This document shows positions 35,524-46,760 of a stretch of 64,000 bases of DNA, piece by piece (the stretch's first letter is position 1; each line of letters starts with the position of its first letter). The stretch comes from an uncultured Alphaproteobacteria bacterium. GTDB lineage: Bacteria > Pseudomonadota > Alphaproteobacteria > CAAHEQ01 > UBA3637. Below the pieces are notes generated by a model. That model saw only the letters and a program-made list of their open reading frames with translations. It searched no databases and had not been told where the DNA came from. The stretch lies in NCBI GenBank assembly GCA_949292205.1, contig CASEYR010000006.1, positions 32,016 through 96,015 on the forward strand, read 5' to 3'. A program made the position numbers and the translations under genes.

Positions 35524-35862
35524 ATGACTAAGGCAGAAAACGCCTATCGTACAATTACAGAGGTTGCTGAGCTCTTGCAGGTTCAGGCCTCTGTTTTGCG
35601 TTTTTGGGAGACTCAGTTTCATCAGATTAAGCCTTTAAAAAGAATGGGGCGTCGCTATTACAGTGCTGAAGATGTTGTGTTGTTGGCGCGTATTCGGGAT
35701 GAGTTGTATAAGGAGGGATATACAATTAAAGGGGTTCAAAAACGACTTAAGGAATCATCGGGTGATATCTCTTTACAGATATCTGCTTCGGATCGGAATG
35801 TGACAGATGTTTTTGTTCGTGAGATAACCGATATTCGTGATTTTTTAGCCGATTATATTTAA
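35524..35862 (+). CDS. MerR-family transcriptional regulator
   Basis: N-terminal Mer[26 protein letters not shown]; stop/start overlap with ihfA. Confidence 0.72.
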   Translation: MTKAENAYRTITEVAELLQVQASVLRFWETQFHQIKPLKRMGRRYYSAEDVVLLARIRDELYKEGYTIKGVQKRLKESSGDISLQISASDRNVTDVFVREITDIRDFLADYI

Positions 35863-36105
35863 GTGTATCTTTTGGAAATTGTTTTAATTTATCAGAAATT
35901 TTTATAAGTTCATTTTTATAAATGAAAACAGACACATTGTTTAGATCTGTTTTAATGGAGTAATCTGTATTTAAGAATGATATCACTTGTTCGGAGTCTG
36001 GAAAACAGGGGGCTTGAGTCCGAATATTTTTATGGGATTAATTTTTATATTTATTAGATACGAATATCCCCTGTTTTCAGGGGATATTGCTTTAATCTTA
36101 TGAGA

Positions 36106-36414
36106 TTACTCGCCGGACACAATTGTGCAAACGGTTGAGCCGATAAGATAATTTGTAATGTCATAATCGACACTGTATACTTTTGAAATGCCGGCACGTT
36201 GTTTGGCTGCCGAAATGGATGAGTCTCCGGTCGCTATGAGATACAATATGTTGTTAGAGCATGCTTTGCCCTGACGACGAATTGTGCCGATATTATCTGT
36301 TGCCCATCCAGAGGCGCGGGTTTTTGCAAATAAAGCCGGTCCGGTATCTCCACCACGGAACATACATCCGCTTAATAACCCACCGACAATACACAATAAA
36401 AATAATTTTTTCAT
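36106..36414 (-). CDS. hypothetical lipoprotein
   Basis: Lipobox LLSGC at the N-terminus; 102 aa. Confidence 0.45.
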   Translation of the reverse strand: MKKLFLLCIVGGLLSGCMFRGGDTGPALFAKTRASGWATDNIGTIRRQGKACSNNILYLIATGDSSISAAKQRAGISKVYSVDYDITNYLIGSTVCTIVSGE

Positions 36415-36473
36415 ATTTGATCCTTTCTATTAATCGTTACGACTTAAAGTATGGCATAAATTCGTATTAAAAA

Positions 36474-36502
36474 CAATAAAAAAACTCGCCCGAGAGCGAG
36501 TT
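36474..36502 (-). terminator. rho-independent terminator
   Basis: On the minus strand: ACTCGC-tctcgg-GCGAGT followed by TTTTTTTATT. Confidence 0.5.
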
Positions 36503-36524
36503 GAATAAAAGTGTATTTGTGTAT

Positions 36525-36980
36525 TTAGGCCCCGCCCAAACTTTCCAAAACAACCGTTCCTTTCTTTTGGCGAGCCATTGTATATTGTTGGCGTAATGCA
36601 TCACGAACAAAATGCGGATTTGGAATCTTTCTCATATACACCGATCCGGTCATATCGGTTGAGTCAACCGATATATTACCAAGGTTAGACCAAATATCAA
36701 TCAATGATTGATCGGTTGAGCTGTTCACAATACGAAACAGTTCAATTTCATCTACGGCTTTGCTGAAAATACCGGTAATGATAATCAATCGTTGGTTTGT
36801 TAAAACATAAGAACGGTAAATTCGCTTGTAATATAAAGCAATCGGAAAAATAAACAGGGTGACTATTGTTAACACCCAATAAACGGGATTATACTTAATA
36901 TCCGCAATGGATCCTGTTACATTCCAAATAAACTCTTCATCCGGATTGATGATATTACGGATAATGTCATAGTTGCTCAT
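36525..36980 (-). CDS. membrane protein with bacterial PH-like (DUF304/YdbS-like) domain
   Basis: Two TM helices followed by a PH-like segment; tentative. Confidence 0.4.
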   Translation of the reverse strand: MSNYDIIRNIINPDEEFIWNVTGSIADIKYNPVYWVLTIVTLFIFPIALYYKRIYRSYVLTNQRLIIITGIFSKAVDEIELFRIVNSSTDQSLIDIWSNLGNISVDSTDMTGSVYMRKIPNPHFVRDALRQQYTMARQKKGTVVLESLGGA

Positions 36981-37209
36981 TTATGAAATCCTTTCTTTTA
37001 ATTGCTTTATGATACAGAAAGAATAGCCGAAAAAAATGAAAAAAACAAGATTTAATTTTTTATGAATTCAAAAAAGCATATGCAGATATGATATTTTGCA
37101 TACAATTCTATTTATTTTACAAAAAAGCGGATTTTATGCTGGACAAGAGCGATTTTACACCCCAAAGTTTTTAATGCTTCAAATGATATTTTTAAGAAAG
37201 GAGAATTAC

Positions 37210-37797
37210 ATGAAGAAGTATTTATTATCAACTTTAGCGGTTGCCGGTTTAATGGTATGTGCAACAGCTGTATCCGCAGAGCCGATGCGTGGACCGTATG
37301 TTCTGGGTGAAGTCGGATATTCTTTCGGAACAAAGAATAATGATGATGCCGCTATTATGGGTTTAGGTGCCGGTTATCATATCAATGATTATATGCGTGC
37401 CGATATGACCGTTTCCTATCGTGGTTGGGGCAAAGTTGATTTCAAAGAAGCCGGTTCTAAAAAAGCTGATGTTTGGTCTATCCCTGTTATGGCTAACTTG
37501 TATGCCTCTTATCCAATTCATCATATGTTTGATGTTTATGCAATGGGTGGTATCGGTATGGCTTTCAACAAAACAGACAGCATCACAAATGCCAAAGGTA
37601 AATCCAAAACAAATTTTGCTTGGCAAGTTGGTGCCGGTATTGACTATATGATCAATAACTGCTGGTCTTTGGATTTGGGATACCGTTATTCCGATTTGGG
37701 TACGGCTCGCGTCAAAGCTCAAGACGGTTTCACGGGACGCAGCAAACAAGATATGCGTTCACACGATGTCAAGTTGACAGCTCGTTACTACTTCTAA
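37210..37797 (+). CDS. outer-membrane beta-barrel protein (Omp25-like, paralogous in type to 21940-22518)
   Basis: Start at MKKYLLSTLAVAGLMVCATAVSA inside the longer ORF; AAGGAG SD; C-terminal ...RYYF. Confidence 0.7.
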   Translation: MKKYLLSTLAVAGLMVCATAVSAEPMRGPYVLGEVGYSFGTKNNDDAAIMGLGAGYHINDYMRADMTVSYRGWGKVDFKEAGSKKADVWSIPVMANLYASYPIHHMFDVYAMGGIGMAFNKTDSITNAKGKSKTNFAWQVGAGIDYMINNCWSLDLGYRYSDLGTARVKAQDGFTGRSKQDMRSHDVKLTARYYF

Positions 37798-37827
37798 GTC
37801 GAATCAACAGTTTTTGTTGAACGCAAA

Positions 37828-37858
37828 AACACTCTGCTTACGGCAGGGTGTTTTTTTT
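37828..37858 (+). terminator. rho-independent terminator
   Basis: CACTCTGC-ttacg-GCAGGGTG followed by TTTTTTTT. Confidence 0.55.
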
Positions 37859-37878
37859 AAGGTATTATGTCAAAAAGT

Positions 37879-37908
37879 CAAAAAAATCCCGTGATTGTCT
37901 CACGGGAA
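37879..37908 (-). terminator. rho-independent terminator downstream of fabD
   Basis: TCCCGTGA-ttgtc-TCACGGGA with an A-run on the plus strand, giving a T-run on the minus strand. Confidence 0.55.
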
Positions 37909-37929
37909 GATGTTTTTGCTGTGAATAAC

Positions 37930-38883
37930 TTAACCGAACAAAGCTAAAGCGGCATCAATTCCGGCTTTGTCGCCAACTGATAACAGTGTTGCATTCGGTG
38001 CCATACGCTTCATTAAACCGGCAATAACTTTTCCGTTACCGCATTCAATGAATGTGTCTACCCCTTGTTCTGTCATCAATTGAGCGGATTCTGTCCACCG
38101 AACAGATCCCGTTATTTGGTCAATCAAATTCTTTTTTATTTCGTCTACCGATGTTTCAAAAGCTGCCGTTACGTTGGCAACAACCGGTACGTGCGGTGCT
38201 TTGAAGTCAGCTTGCATTAAAACAGATTTCATTTCATCGGCGGCGGCTTGCATATAGGGACTATGGAAAGCGCCTGCAACTTGCAATTTTAAGGCTCGTT
38301 TCGCGCCGGCTGCCGTTGCTGCAGCAATGGCTCGGTCAATTGCTTCTGTATGCCCGCTGATGACAACTTGTCCCGAGCAGTTGTCATTGGCGACAACGAC
38401 GCGTGATTCCGCCGTGGATGACGTTGATACAATCTCTTGAACCTGCCCTATACTTAATCCTAAAACAGCGGCCATTGCTCCGGGTGTGCCTTGTCCGGCC
38501 ATAGCCATGGCTCGACCGCGTGCACGCAATAATTTTGCCGCATCGGCAACCGAAAAAACACCGGCTGCACACAGGGCTGTATATTCTCCCAAAGAATGTC
38601 CGGCAACACAGGCTGCCTTATCCGTCAGAGGGTGTCCCAGCTCGCTCTCTAAAGCACGAACCGCAGCCATGCCGACTGCCATAATGGCCGGTTGAGCATT
38701 TTCTGTCTTTGTGAGCTCTGCCGCATCTCCTTCAAACATAAGTGTGCTCAGCTTTTCATTCAAAGCTTCATCTACCTCTTGAAAGACTTGGCGTGCTGCC
38801 GAAAAGTTATCAAATAAATCGCGTCCCATACCGATACTCTGGGAGCCTTGTCCCGGAAATACAAATGCTGTTTTCATATACAA
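37930..38883 (-). CDS. fabD: malonyl CoA-ACP transacylase
   Basis: FVFPGQGSQ N-terminus and GHSLGEY active-site Ser motif. Confidence 0.88.
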   Translation of the reverse strand: MYMKTAFVFPGQGSQSIGMGRDLFDNFSAARQVFQEVDEALNEKLSTLMFEGDAAELTKTENAQPAIMAVGMAAVRALESELGHPLTDKAACVAGHSLGEYTALCAAGVFSVADAAKLLRARGRAMAMAGQGTPGAMAAVLGLSIGQVQEIVSTSSTAESRVVVANDNCSGQVVISGHTEAIDRAIAAATAAGAKRALKLQVAGAFHSPYMQAAADEMKSVLMQADFKAPHVPVVANVTAAFETSVDEIKKNLIDQITGSVRWTESAQLMTEQGVDTFIECGNGKVIAGLMKRMAPNATLLSVGDKAGIDAALALFG

Positions 38884-39033
38884 TCCTCTTTATATAAAGT
38901 TAAAATCGGACTCATTATACACAAAAAACAGTAAAAAGAAATCCTTTTTTGTGACATTTTTTTGATAAGAATAAATGATATTTTGAAAATATCACTCCCT
39001 AATTTGAAAAGAAGTATTTTATGAAAAAAGTGC

Positions 39034-39062
39034 TTGACAAGAGAAATAAAAACGAATACAAT
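39034..39062 (+). promoter_or_regulatory. sigma70-type promoter (TTGACA - 17 nt - TACAAT) for the tRNA-Trp-secE-nusG cluster
   Basis: Consensus -35 TTGACA at 39034-39039 and -10 TACAAT at 39057-39062, about 55 nt upstream of the tRNA. Confidence 0.5.
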
Positions 39063-39118
39063 AACTCGTCCGAAGTTTATCGGGGTGTTTTGTGAACCTC
39101 GAAAGCGAAGTAGATAAT

Positions 39119-39194
39119 AGGGGCATAGCTCAACTGGTAGAGCGTCGGTCTCCAAAACCGAAGGTCGTGGGTTCGATCCCTACTGCCCCTGCCA
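39119..39194 (+). tRNA. tRNA-Trp (anticodon CCA)
   Basis: AGGGGCATAGCTCAACTGGTAGAGC...CTCCAAAAC...GGTTCGATCCC...TGCCCCTGCCA; 76 nt; universal position upstream of secE. Confidence 0.92.
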
Positions 39195-39216
39195 TAAAGA
39201 AAGAAAAGGAACAAAA

Positions 39217-39405
39217 ATGAAAACATCGCCAGCTCTGTTTGTTCGTCAGGTAAAACAGGAAGTTTCCAAAATTACGTGGCCGTCTCGTGCCGAAACAATG
39301 CAGGGGACCATTGCCGTTATCGTGATTTGCTTGATTTTGGCGGCTTTTTTGTTTGCTGTTGATTCTGTTTTTGCAAATGTTATTCGCTGGATTATAGGAG
39401 GTTAA
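39217..39405 (+). CDS. secE: preprotein translocase subunit SecE (short single-TM form)
   Basis: 62 aa with one TM helix; positioned between tRNA-Trp and nusG. Confidence 0.8.
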   Translation: MKTSPALFVRQVKQEVSKITWPSRAETMQGTIAVIVICLILAAFLFAVDSVFANVIRWIIGG

Positions 39406-39408
39406 ACT

Positions 39409-39936
39409 ATGGCTGCTCGTTGGTATGTGATTCATACGTACTCGGGTTTTGAAAACAAAATTGCCGATTTTATTATGGAACAGGCGGCTAAAAAAGGTCT
39501 GTCTGATAAGGTGGAGCAAGTCTTGGTCCCTTCTGAAAATGTTGTTTCGGTTCGCAATGGAACACGCTATGAATCTCAGCGGAAGTTCTTGCCGGGGTAT
39601 GTCCTGATTAAAATGGAAATGACCGAAGAAACTTGGTATTTGGTTAATGAAACGCCAAAAGTAACCGGATTCTTGGGTGGTAAAAAGCCGACTCCAATCT
39701 CGGAGGCTGAGGCTATGCGTATCTTGAATCAAGTTCAGGAAGGTTTGGAAAAGCCTCGCGCTGCGGTCAGCTATGAGGTTGGTGAGCAGGTTCGTGTTGT
39801 GGATGGACCGTTTGCTTCCTTTGTTGGAACGGTTGAAGAGGTGGATTCCGAAAAAGAACGTTTGAAAGTGTTGGTTTCGATTTTTGGACGAGCAACACCG
39901 GTCGATTTGGATTATATCCAAGTGAAAAAGGCTTAA
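39409..39936 (+). CDS. nusG: transcription termination/antitermination factor NusG
   Basis: NGN domain [15 protein letters not shown] and C-terminal KOW domain. Confidence 0.9.
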   Translation: MAARWYVIHTYSGFENKIADFIMEQAAKKGLSDKVEQVLVPSENVVSVRNGTRYESQRKFLPGYVLIKMEMTEETWYLVNETPKVTGFLGGKKPTPISEAEAMRILNQVQEGLEKPRAAVSYEVGEQVRVVDGPFASFVGTVEEVDSEKERLKVLVSIFGRATPVDLDYIQVKKA

Positions 39937-40068
39937 CTGTCCGAATTTGAGTCGGGGTAAAACCAGTTCGTGCCCTTTGACTTTGTAGGAGATGAGCCAT
40001 CATCGGACTACAGAACTTCAGAACAAGAAATTGTTTGATGAATTGGAAAATTTGTTAGAGGTTTAAAA
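39937..40068 (+). promoter_or_regulatory. rplK-rplA 5' leader (likely L1 autoregulatory mRNA site)
   Basis: Placed by position only, from the conserved organisation; no motif checked. Confidence 0.3.
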
Positions 40069-40497
40069 ATGGCAAAAAAAATTATTGGCTTTATTAAGCT
40101 TCAGATTGAAGCCGGTAAAGCAAATCCGTCTCCTCCGGTTGGTCCGGCTTTGGGTCAACGGGGCTTGAATATTATGGAATTCTGTAAGGCTTTTAATGCT
40201 AAAACACAGAAAGAAGAACCGGGGTCTCCGATTCCTGTGATTATTACGGCTTATGCAGACAGAACGTTCTCATTCGTAACAAAGTTGCCGCCGGTCAGCT
40301 ATTTGATTAAAAAGGCTGCAAATGTTAAGAGCGCTTCTAAAGAACCGGGACGGAGTAAAGTCGCAAAGATTACGAAGGCTCAAGTTAAAGAAATCGCCGA
40401 GAAAAAAATGCCGGATATGAACTGTCATACGGTTGAATCCGCTATGGAAATGGTTGCCGGTCAGGCTCGGTCTATGGGTATTGAAGTGGTGGAGTAA
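40069..40497 (+). CDS. rplK: 50S ribosomal protein L11
   Basis: 142 aa; [12 protein letters not shown]...[11 protein letters not shown] motif. Confidence 0.92.
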   Translation: MAKKIIGFIKLQIEAGKANPSPPVGPALGQRGLNIMEFCKAFNAKTQKEEPGSPIPVIITAYADRTFSFVTKLPPVSYLIKKAANVKSASKEPGRSKVAKITKAQVKEIAEKKMPDMNCHTVESAMEMVAGQARSMGIEVVE

Positions 40498-40501
40498 GAC
40501 G

Positions 40502-41194
40502 ATGAAACAAAGTAAAAGATTAAAAAAGGCTTATGAATCCGTTGATACCAATAAAGTGTACTCTTTGGAAGAAGCTATTGCTGTGGTTAAAGCTAATGCA
40601 ACAGCTAAGTTTGACGAAACAATTGATATCGCCGTTCGTTTGGGTGTTGACCCGCGTCAATCCGACCAAATGATTCGGGGGGCTGTTTCTTTGCCGGCCG
40701 GAACCGGTAAAACTTTGACAGTTGCCGTTTTTGCAAAAGGCCCGAAAGCTGAAGAAGCTCGTAAAGCCGGTGCCGATATCGTCGGAGATGAAGATCTGAT
40801 GAACGATATTTTGGCTGGAAACATTAACTTCCAACGTTTAATCGCAACGCCGGATATGATGGGTGTTGTTGGCCGTTTGGGTAAGGTTTTGGGACCGAAA
40901 GGTTTGATGCCAAATCCGAAATTGGGAACTGTGACGATGGATGTGGCTAATGCAGTTAAAGCAGCTAAAGCCGGTCAAGTTCAATTCCGTGTCGATTCCG
41001 TCGGGGTCGTTCATGCGGGTATTGGTAAAGCCAGCTTTGATGCCGATAAAATTGCAGAAAACGTTAAGGCTTTTGTGAAGACTTTGGCTGGTATGAAACC
41101 GGCTTCCTCTTCAGGTGTTTACCTGCAACAGGTTGCTTTGTCAAGCACTCAAGGTGTTGGCGTTAAGGTATCAATTCCGAGTATCGTCGGATAG
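40502..41194 (+). CDS. rplA: 50S ribosomal protein L1
   Basis: Start at MKQSKRLKK, an ATG 2 nt after the rplK stop; the ORF-track start at 40433 is an upstream extension. Confidence 0.9.
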   Translation: MKQSKRLKKAYESVDTNKVYSLEEAIAVVKANATAKFDETIDIAVRLGVDPRQSDQMIRGAVSLPAGTGKTLTVAVFAKGPKAEEARKAGADIVGDEDLMNDILAGNINFQRLIATPDMMGVVGRLGKVLGPKGLMPNPKLGTVTMDVANAVKAAKAGQVQFRVDSVGVVHAGIGKASFDADKIAENVKAFVKTLAGMKPASSSGVYLQQVALSSTQGVGVKVSIPSIVG

Positions 41195-41468
41195 AAATTA
41201 AGTCCGTTCATCGATGATGATAAAGATGATCGATGAACGGCATAAATACCTGTCCTAGACTGCGGGTATCTTATCACGGGATAAGATTTAAGGGAAAGCA
41301 TTCCGCCGGCACAGACAGAAATAAATCAGTGATTCCTTAGGGAGTTAAAGATGAAAGTTTCTAGGCAGGGTATGAGTGGGTTTTGAGAAAGAAAGCTTTT
41401 GATAAACCTGTGTAGAAACCGAGGGGAGGGATTTCCCAAACCTCACATGAAAATGCGGAGACATTATC
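41195..41468 (+). promoter_or_regulatory. long rplJ 5' leader (site of L10(L12)4 autoregulation in other bacteria)
   Basis: 274-nt noncoding stretch before the GTG start of rplJ; assignment by conserved position. Confidence 0.3.
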
Positions 41469-41957
41469 GTGAAACGTGAAGAAAAACAACAGCTGATTTC
41501 CGAAATGAAGGATGTGTTCAATTCTTCTGCTTTGGTCGTCGTTGTCTTGAATAAAGGCTTGACGATGGCTGAAACAACTGAATTGCGTAATAACGTCCGG
41601 AAAGACGGCGCCAGCTATCGTGTTGCTAAAAACCGTTTGGCTAAATTGGCTCTGGCAGGAACACCGTGCGAATCTATGGCGGATTTGTTGGTCGGCCCAA
41701 CCGCAATCGCGTATTCGGAAGATGCTATTGCTGCTTCCCGCGCTGTTGTGAAAATGGCTAAAGACAATGATCGCTTTGAAGTCGTCGGCGGTATTATGAA
41801 CGGACAAAAGGTAGACGCTAATATGATTAAGAATTTGGCGGCTCTGCCTTCTTTGGACGAACTGCGCGGCAAAATTATTGGTCTGTTGCAGGCTCCTGGC
41901 GGACAATTGGCTCGGTTGGCCAAGGCTTATTCCGAAAAGGAACAGGCTGCTGCTTAA
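41469..41957 (+). CDS. rplJ: 50S ribosomal protein L10
   Basis: GTG start; 162 aa with typical L10 composition. Confidence 0.88.
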   Translation: MKREEKQQLISEMKDVFNSSALVVVVLNKGLTMAETTELRNNVRKDGASYRVAKNRLAKLALAGTPCESMADLLVGPTAIAYSEDAIAASRAVVKMAKDNDRFEVVGGIMNGQKVDANMIKNLAALPSLDELRGKIIGLLQAPGGQLARLAKAYSEKEQAAA

Positions 41958-42018
41958 GGCAATTTAACAAAATTCAATCGTGTTCTGTGAACACATTAAC
42001 TTATTAAAGGAAATTAAA

Positions 42019-42384
42019 ATGACTGATTTGAACAAAATTATTGATGAACTGTCCGCTTTGACAGTGTTGGAAGCCGCTGAATTGGCTAAAATGTTAGAAG
42101 AAAAGTGGGGCGTTTCTGCCGCTGCTCCGGTCGCTGTGGCCGCTGCCGGTGCTGGTGCCGCTGCTGAAGAAAAAACTGAATTTGACGTTATCTTGGCTGA
42201 TGGCGGTGCAAATAAAATTGCCGTCATTAAGGAAGTTCGTACAATTACTGGCTTGGGCTTGAAAGAAGCTAAAGACTTAGTTGAGGGTGCTCCGAAGGAA
42301 GTCAAGAAAGGCGTTGCCAAGGACGAAGCTGAAAAACTGAAGAAACAGTTAGAAGCTGCCGGTGCCAAGGTGGAATTGAAGTAA
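42019..42384 (+). CDS. rplL: 50S ribosomal protein L7/L12
   Basis: Start at [11 protein letters not shown] preceded by AAGGAAA; Ala-rich hinge [18 protein letters not shown]; the ORF-track start at 41980 is an extension. Confidence 0.9.
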   Translation: MTDLNKIIDELSALTVLEAAELAKMLEEKWGVSAAAPVAVAAAGAGAAAEEKTEFDVILADGGANKIAVIKEVRTITGLGLKEAKDLVEGAPKEVKKGVAKDEAEKLKKQLEAAGAKVELK

Positions 42385-42470
42385 TTAGAACTTCTATCCG
42401 TGTGTTGGGTCGCATCAATTTCGTGTAAATTGATGACGACCCGATACCGGTAAATAAAGACTAACGGGTC

Positions 42471-42500
42471 CCGGTGCCCTTTCACCGGCCAGATTTTTTG
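42471..42500 (+). terminator. rplL-rpoB intergenic attenuator or partial terminator
   Basis: CCGGTG-cccttt-CACCGG then CC-AGA-TTTTTT; preceded by a larger hairpin at 42406-42441. Confidence 0.5.
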
Positions 42501-42522
42501 ATTATTTTATGGGGAAAAACGC

Positions 42523-45500
42523 ATGATCAAACAAGAAACGAATCGCAGAAGAGTTCGTAAAAATTTCGGAAAAATTGAAGCTGTTGCCCAAATGCCCAAC
42601 CTGATAGGGGTTCAGACGGATTCCTATAAGGAGTTTTTGCAATGGGGCGTTCCTGTTTCAAAACGTCAGGATACCGGACTTCAGGCTGTTTTTAAATCTA
42701 TCTTTCCGATTCACGATTTTGCCGGACGCGGCGATTTAGAGTTCGTTAAATATGAACTGGATGAACCAAAGTTTGATGTTGATGAATGCTTAAAGCGGAG
42801 CTTGACTTTTGCGGCTCCCGTTCGGGCTACTCTGCGTTTGGTCGTTTGGGATGTTGACGCCGCAACAGGTGTTCGGTCAATCCGCGATATTAAAGAACAA
42901 GACGTTTATATGGGTGATTTGCCCTTGATGACGGAAAAAGGGACTTTTATTGTCAACGGAACTGAACGGGTTGTTGTTTCTCAAATGCATCGTTCCCCCG
43001 GTGTATTCTTTGATCATGACAACGGTGAAACACATTCTTCGGGGAAATTCTTATTCGCTGCACGTATTATCCCCTATCGCGGGTCTTGGATTGACTTTGA
43101 ATTCGATGCTAAAGACTTAATCCATGTCCGTATCGACCGTCGTCGGAAATTGCCGGTATCTTCTTTCTTGTATGCTTTGGATAGCGATTATACCGCTCAG
43201 AAAAGAAAAGAAGCTGCTGAAGCCGGAACCGAAATTAATCCGGCCGATGTCTATGGCATGAGCAAAGAAGAAATTTTAAACTATTTCTATCAGACCGTTG
43301 TCTTCAAAAAAGACAAAAAAGGTTGGAAAACCGCTTTTGAGCCCGCTTTGTTGAAGGGCCAAAAATTGTCATTTGATTTGGTTGATGCCAAAACCGGTCA
43401 AGTTGTTTTTGAAAAAGGTCAAAAATTGATCTCTGCCAAAGCAAATAAGCTGAAAAAAGATGGTCTGGAAGAGTATTTAGTTCCGGAAGAAGAGTTGAAT
43501 GGTCGCTTTGTTGCTACGGATATCATTGATGAAAAAACGGGTGAAGTCGTTTTGGAAGCCGGTGATGAATTGACCGAAGATGATTTTGCTAAATTGCACG
43601 AATTGAAGATGAAGGAATTGCCGATTTTGCATATTGACTATGTAACGGTTGGTCCTTATATCCGGAACACATTGGTTGCCGATAAAAATACAACGCGTGA
43701 AGAAGCTTTAATCGATATCTACAAAATCATGCGTCCGGGTGAATTGCCGGTTGTTGAAACCGCTGATGTCTTGTTCCGTAGCATGTTCTTTGATTTGGAA
43801 CGCTATGATTTATCCGCTGTCGGTCGTGTGAAAATGAACGCTCGCTTGGGCTTTGACAACGAAGCTGTCCCAGATACCGTTCGTGTCTTGCGTAAGGAAG
43901 ATATTTTAAAAATCCTGAAGACTTTGGTCGAAATTAAAGATGGACACGGTGAAATTGATGATATTGATAACTTGGGTAACCGTCGTGTTCGTTCGGTTGG
44001 TGAGTTGATGGAAAATCAATATCGCTTGGGCTTGTTGAGAATGGAACGAATGATTCGTGAAAGAATGACGTCCAGCGAGATTGATTCGGTTATGCCCTAT
44101 GATTTAATCAATGCTAAACCGTTATCGGCTGCAGTCCGTGAGTTCTTTGCCGCCAGCCAGTTGAGCCAGTTTATGGATCAAAATAACCCCTTGTCCGAAA
44201 TTACGCATAAACGCCGTTTGTCAGCTTTGGGGCCGGGCGGTTTGACTCGGGATCGGGCCGGTATGGAAGTTCGCGACGTTCATCCGACTCACTATGGCCG
44301 AATTTGTCCGATTGAGTCTCCGGAAGGTCAGAACATCGGTTTGATTAACTCGCTGGCTTCTTATGCACGTATTAACAAATACGGCTTTATCGAAACACCG
44401 TATCGGAAAGTTGTAAACGGTAAGGTAACGGACGAAGTCGTCTATTTGTCCGCTATGGAAGAAGCGCGCTATAATATTGCTCAGGCAAACGCAAAACTGA
44501 ACGATAAAGGCGAATTTACGGAAGAGTTAGTTACTTCTCGTCATGCCGGAGAAGTCGTCTTGGTTAAACCTGAAGAAGTGGATATGATCGATGTTTCTCC
44601 GAAACAGGTCGTGTCTGTTGCCGCTGCTTTGATTCCGTTCTTGGAAAACGATGACGCTAACCGTGCTTTGATGGGTTCTAACATGCAACGTCAGGGCGTT
44701 CCTTTGTTGAAAGTTCAGGCTCCGTTGGTCGGAACCGGAATGGAGGCTGTCGTAGCTAAAGATTCAAAAGCTGCTATTACCGCAAAACGGTCAGGTATCG
44801 TTCAACAAGTCGATTCTTCTCGTATCGTTATTCGGGCAACTGATGAATTAAGCTCAACCGCTTCGGGTGTTGATATCTATACTTTGGAAAAATTCCAACG
44901 CTCGAACCAAGGTACTTGTATGACGCAACAACCGATCGTTAAAGCCGGTGAGTTTGTCTCAAAGGGCGATATCATCGCTGATGGTCCATGTACTCAATTG
45001 GGTGAATTGGCTTTGGGTCGGAATGTCTTGGTCGCTTTCGTTCCTTGGAACGGATATAACTATGAAGACTCTGTCTTGATCTCAGAACGAATTGCTCGTG
45101 ATGATGTCTTTACCTCGATTCACTTGGAAGAGTTTGAAGTGACGGCTCGCGATACAAAGCTGGGTCAAGAAGAAATTACGCGCGATATCCCGAATGTCGG
45201 TGAAGAAGGCTTGAAAAACTTGGATGAAACCGGTGTCATTTACATTGGTGCCGAAGTTAAAGCCGGTGATATTTTGGTCGGTAAGGTGACTCCGAAAGGC
45301 GAAACAATCATGACACCGGAAGAAAAACTGTTGCGGACAATCTTCGGTGAGAAGGCTGCCGATGTACGCGATTCTTCTTTGCGGGTTCCTCCGGGAGTTT
45401 CCGGAACTGTCGTTGATGTGCGTGTCTTTACGCGGCGTGGTCTGGAAAAAGACGAACGGGCTCTGTCTATTGAACAAGCTGAAATCAGTCGTTTGGCAAA

Positions 45501-46704
45501 AGATAGAGATGATGAAAAGGCAATTTTGCAAGGCAGCTTCTACGATCGTATTCGTGGCTTGTTGGCCGGTCAGAAAGTTTCTAAGGCAGAGGGCTTTAAA
45601 GCCGGTACGGTTTTGACGGCTGATGCTTTGGCTGCGGTTAAGAACTATAACTTGCGTAAAATCAATGTGGCCGATGATAAAATTATGAGCGAGATTGAAC
45701 AGTTGCTAACAACTTTGGATCAAGCCGAGGCTGCTTTACAGGCTAAGTTCGAAAATCGTGTTGAAAAATTGCAACGCGGTGATGAAATGATGGCCGGTGA
45801 GTTGAAGAAAATTAAGGTCTTTATCGCAACAAAACGTAAGTTGCAACCGGGTGATAAAATGTCCGGTCGTCACGGAAACAAAGGTGTGGTCTCTCGGGTA
45901 TTGCCGATTGAGGATATGCCTTATACCGAGGACGGAACGCCGATGGATATCGTTTTGAACCCCTTGGGTGTGCCGTCTCGTATGAATGTCGGTCAGATCT
46001 TGGAAACGCACCTAGGCTATGCTTGCCGTGAGCTGGGTCGTCAAATCGGTGCTATCGTTGATCAGGTTAAGGCTCAGAAGGTCGGTATGGACGATTTGAA
46101 AGCCAAATTAAAAGAAGTCTATGGTGATCGTGAATACAATAACAAAATCGCCGATATGGATGATTCCGAATTGTTGGCGATGAGTGAAAACCTGAAAGAT
46201 GGTGTTCCTATCGCAACACCTGTCTTTGATGGGGCTCATCAAGACGATATCAACAATATGTTGAAAATGGCTGGCTTGAATACTTCCGGTCAAGTAACAT
46301 TATACGACGGATTGACGGGTGAACCCTTTGATCGCCCGGTGACAATCGGATATATGTATATGCTGAAATTGCACCACTTGGTTGATGAAAAGATTCACGC
46401 TCGCTCCATCGGACCTTACAGCTTGGTTACACAACAACCGTTGGGCGGTAAGGCTCAGTTCGGTGGTCAGCGCTTCGGTGAAATGGAAGTGTGGGCTTTG
46501 GAGGCTTATGGTGCCGCTTATACGTTGCAGGAAATGTTGACGATTAAATCAGATGACGTTTCCGGTCGTATTAAAGCCTATGAAACCATTATTCGTGGTG
46601 ACAATAACTTTGAAGCCGGTATTCCGGAATCGTTCAACGTGTTGGTCAAGGAAATGCGTTCCTTGGGATTGGATGTTGAATTGAACCAGAACGAAAGCAA
46701 ATAA
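42523..46704 (+). CDS. rpoB: DNA-directed RNA polymerase subunit beta
   Basis: 1393 aa, collinear with E. coli RpoB over many blocks, e.g. [13 protein letters not shown] and [12 protein letters not shown]. Confidence 0.95.
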   Translation: MIKQETNRRRVRKNFGKIEAVAQMPNLIGVQTDSYKEFLQWGVPVSKRQDTGLQAVFKSIFPIHDFAGRGDLEFVKYELDEPKFDVDECLKRSLTFAAPVRATLRLVVWDVDAATGVRSIRDIKEQDVYMGDLPLMTEKGTFIVNGTERVVVSQMHRSPGVFFDHDNGETHSSGKFLFAARIIPYRGSWIDFEFDAKDLIHVRIDRRRKLPVSSFLYALDSDYTAQKRKEAAEAGTEINPADVYGMSKEEILNYFYQTVVFKKDKKGWKTAFEPALLKGQKLSFDLVDAKTGQVVFEKGQKLISAKANKLKKDGLEEYLVPEEELNGRFVATDIIDEKTGEVVLEAGDELTEDDFAKLHELKMKELPILHIDYVTVGPYIRNTLVADKNTTREEALIDIYKIMRPGELPVVETADVLFRSMFFDLERYDLSAVGRVKMNARLGFDNEAVPDTVRVLRKEDILKILKTLVEIKDGHGEIDDIDNLGNRRVRSVGELMENQYRLGLLRMERMIRERMTSSEIDSVMPYDLINAKPLSAAVREFFAASQLSQFMDQNNPLSEITHKRRLSALGPGGLTRDRAGMEVRDVHPTHYGRICPIESPEGQNIGLINSLASYARINKYGFIETPYRKVVNGKVTDEVVYLSAMEEARYNIAQANAKLNDKGEFTEELVTSRHAGEVVLVKPEEVDMIDVSPKQVVSVAAALIPFLENDDANRALMGSNMQRQGVPLLKVQAPLVGTGMEAVVAKDSKAAITAKRSGIVQQVDSSRIVIRATDELSSTASGVDIYTLEKFQRSNQGTCMTQQPIVKAGEFVSKGDIIADGPCTQLGELALGRNVLVAFVPWNGYNYEDSVLISERIARDDVFTSIHLEEFEVTARDTKLGQEEITRDIPNVGEEGLKNLDETGVIYIGAEVKAGDILVGKVTPKGETIMTPEEKLLRTIFGEKAADVRDSSLRVPPGVSGTVVDVRVFTRRGLEKDERALSIEQAEISRLAKDRDDEKAILQGSFYDRIRGLLAGQKVSKAEGFKAGTVLTADALAAVKNYNLRKINVADDKIMSEIEQLLTTLDQAEAALQAKFENRVEKLQRGDEMMAGELKKIKVFIATKRKLQPGDKMSGRHGNKGVVSRVLPIEDMPYTEDGTPMDIVLNPLGVPSRMNVGQILETHLGYACRELGRQIGAIVDQVKAQKVGMDDLKAKLKEVYGDREYNNKIADMDDSELLAMSENLKDGVPIATPVFDGAHQDDINNMLKMAGLNTSGQVTLYDGLTGEPFDRPVTIGYMYMLKLHHLVDEKIHARSIGPYSLVTQQPLGGKAQFGGQRFGEMEVWALEAYGAAYTLQEMLTIKSDDVSGRIKAYETIIRGDNNFEAGIPESFNVLVKEMRSLGLDVELNQNESK

Positions 46705-46760
46705 TATCACGGGGAGGGTTTATCCCCTCCCTTTAACCCAAACAAGAGGTAGAAAAAAAG

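Noticed and set aside
35990-36095. GGAAAACAGGGGG / CCCCTGTTTTCAGGGG inverted repeats between merR and the lipoprotein gene
   Set aside because: They look like an ordinary stem-loop, possibly a weak terminator for the ihfA-merR transcript; there is no T-run on either strand, so the call is uncertain.
39130-39921. 263-aa minus-strand ORF in the track
   Set aside because: It is antisense to tRNA-Trp, secE and nusG, which are all well supported, so it is a spurious antisense ORF.
41361-42485. Minus-strand ORFs of 181, 102 and 173 aa overlapping rplJ and rplL
   Set aside because: Antisense to highly conserved ribosomal protein genes; the low-complexity Ala-rich translation is just the antisense of the L7/L12 hinge.
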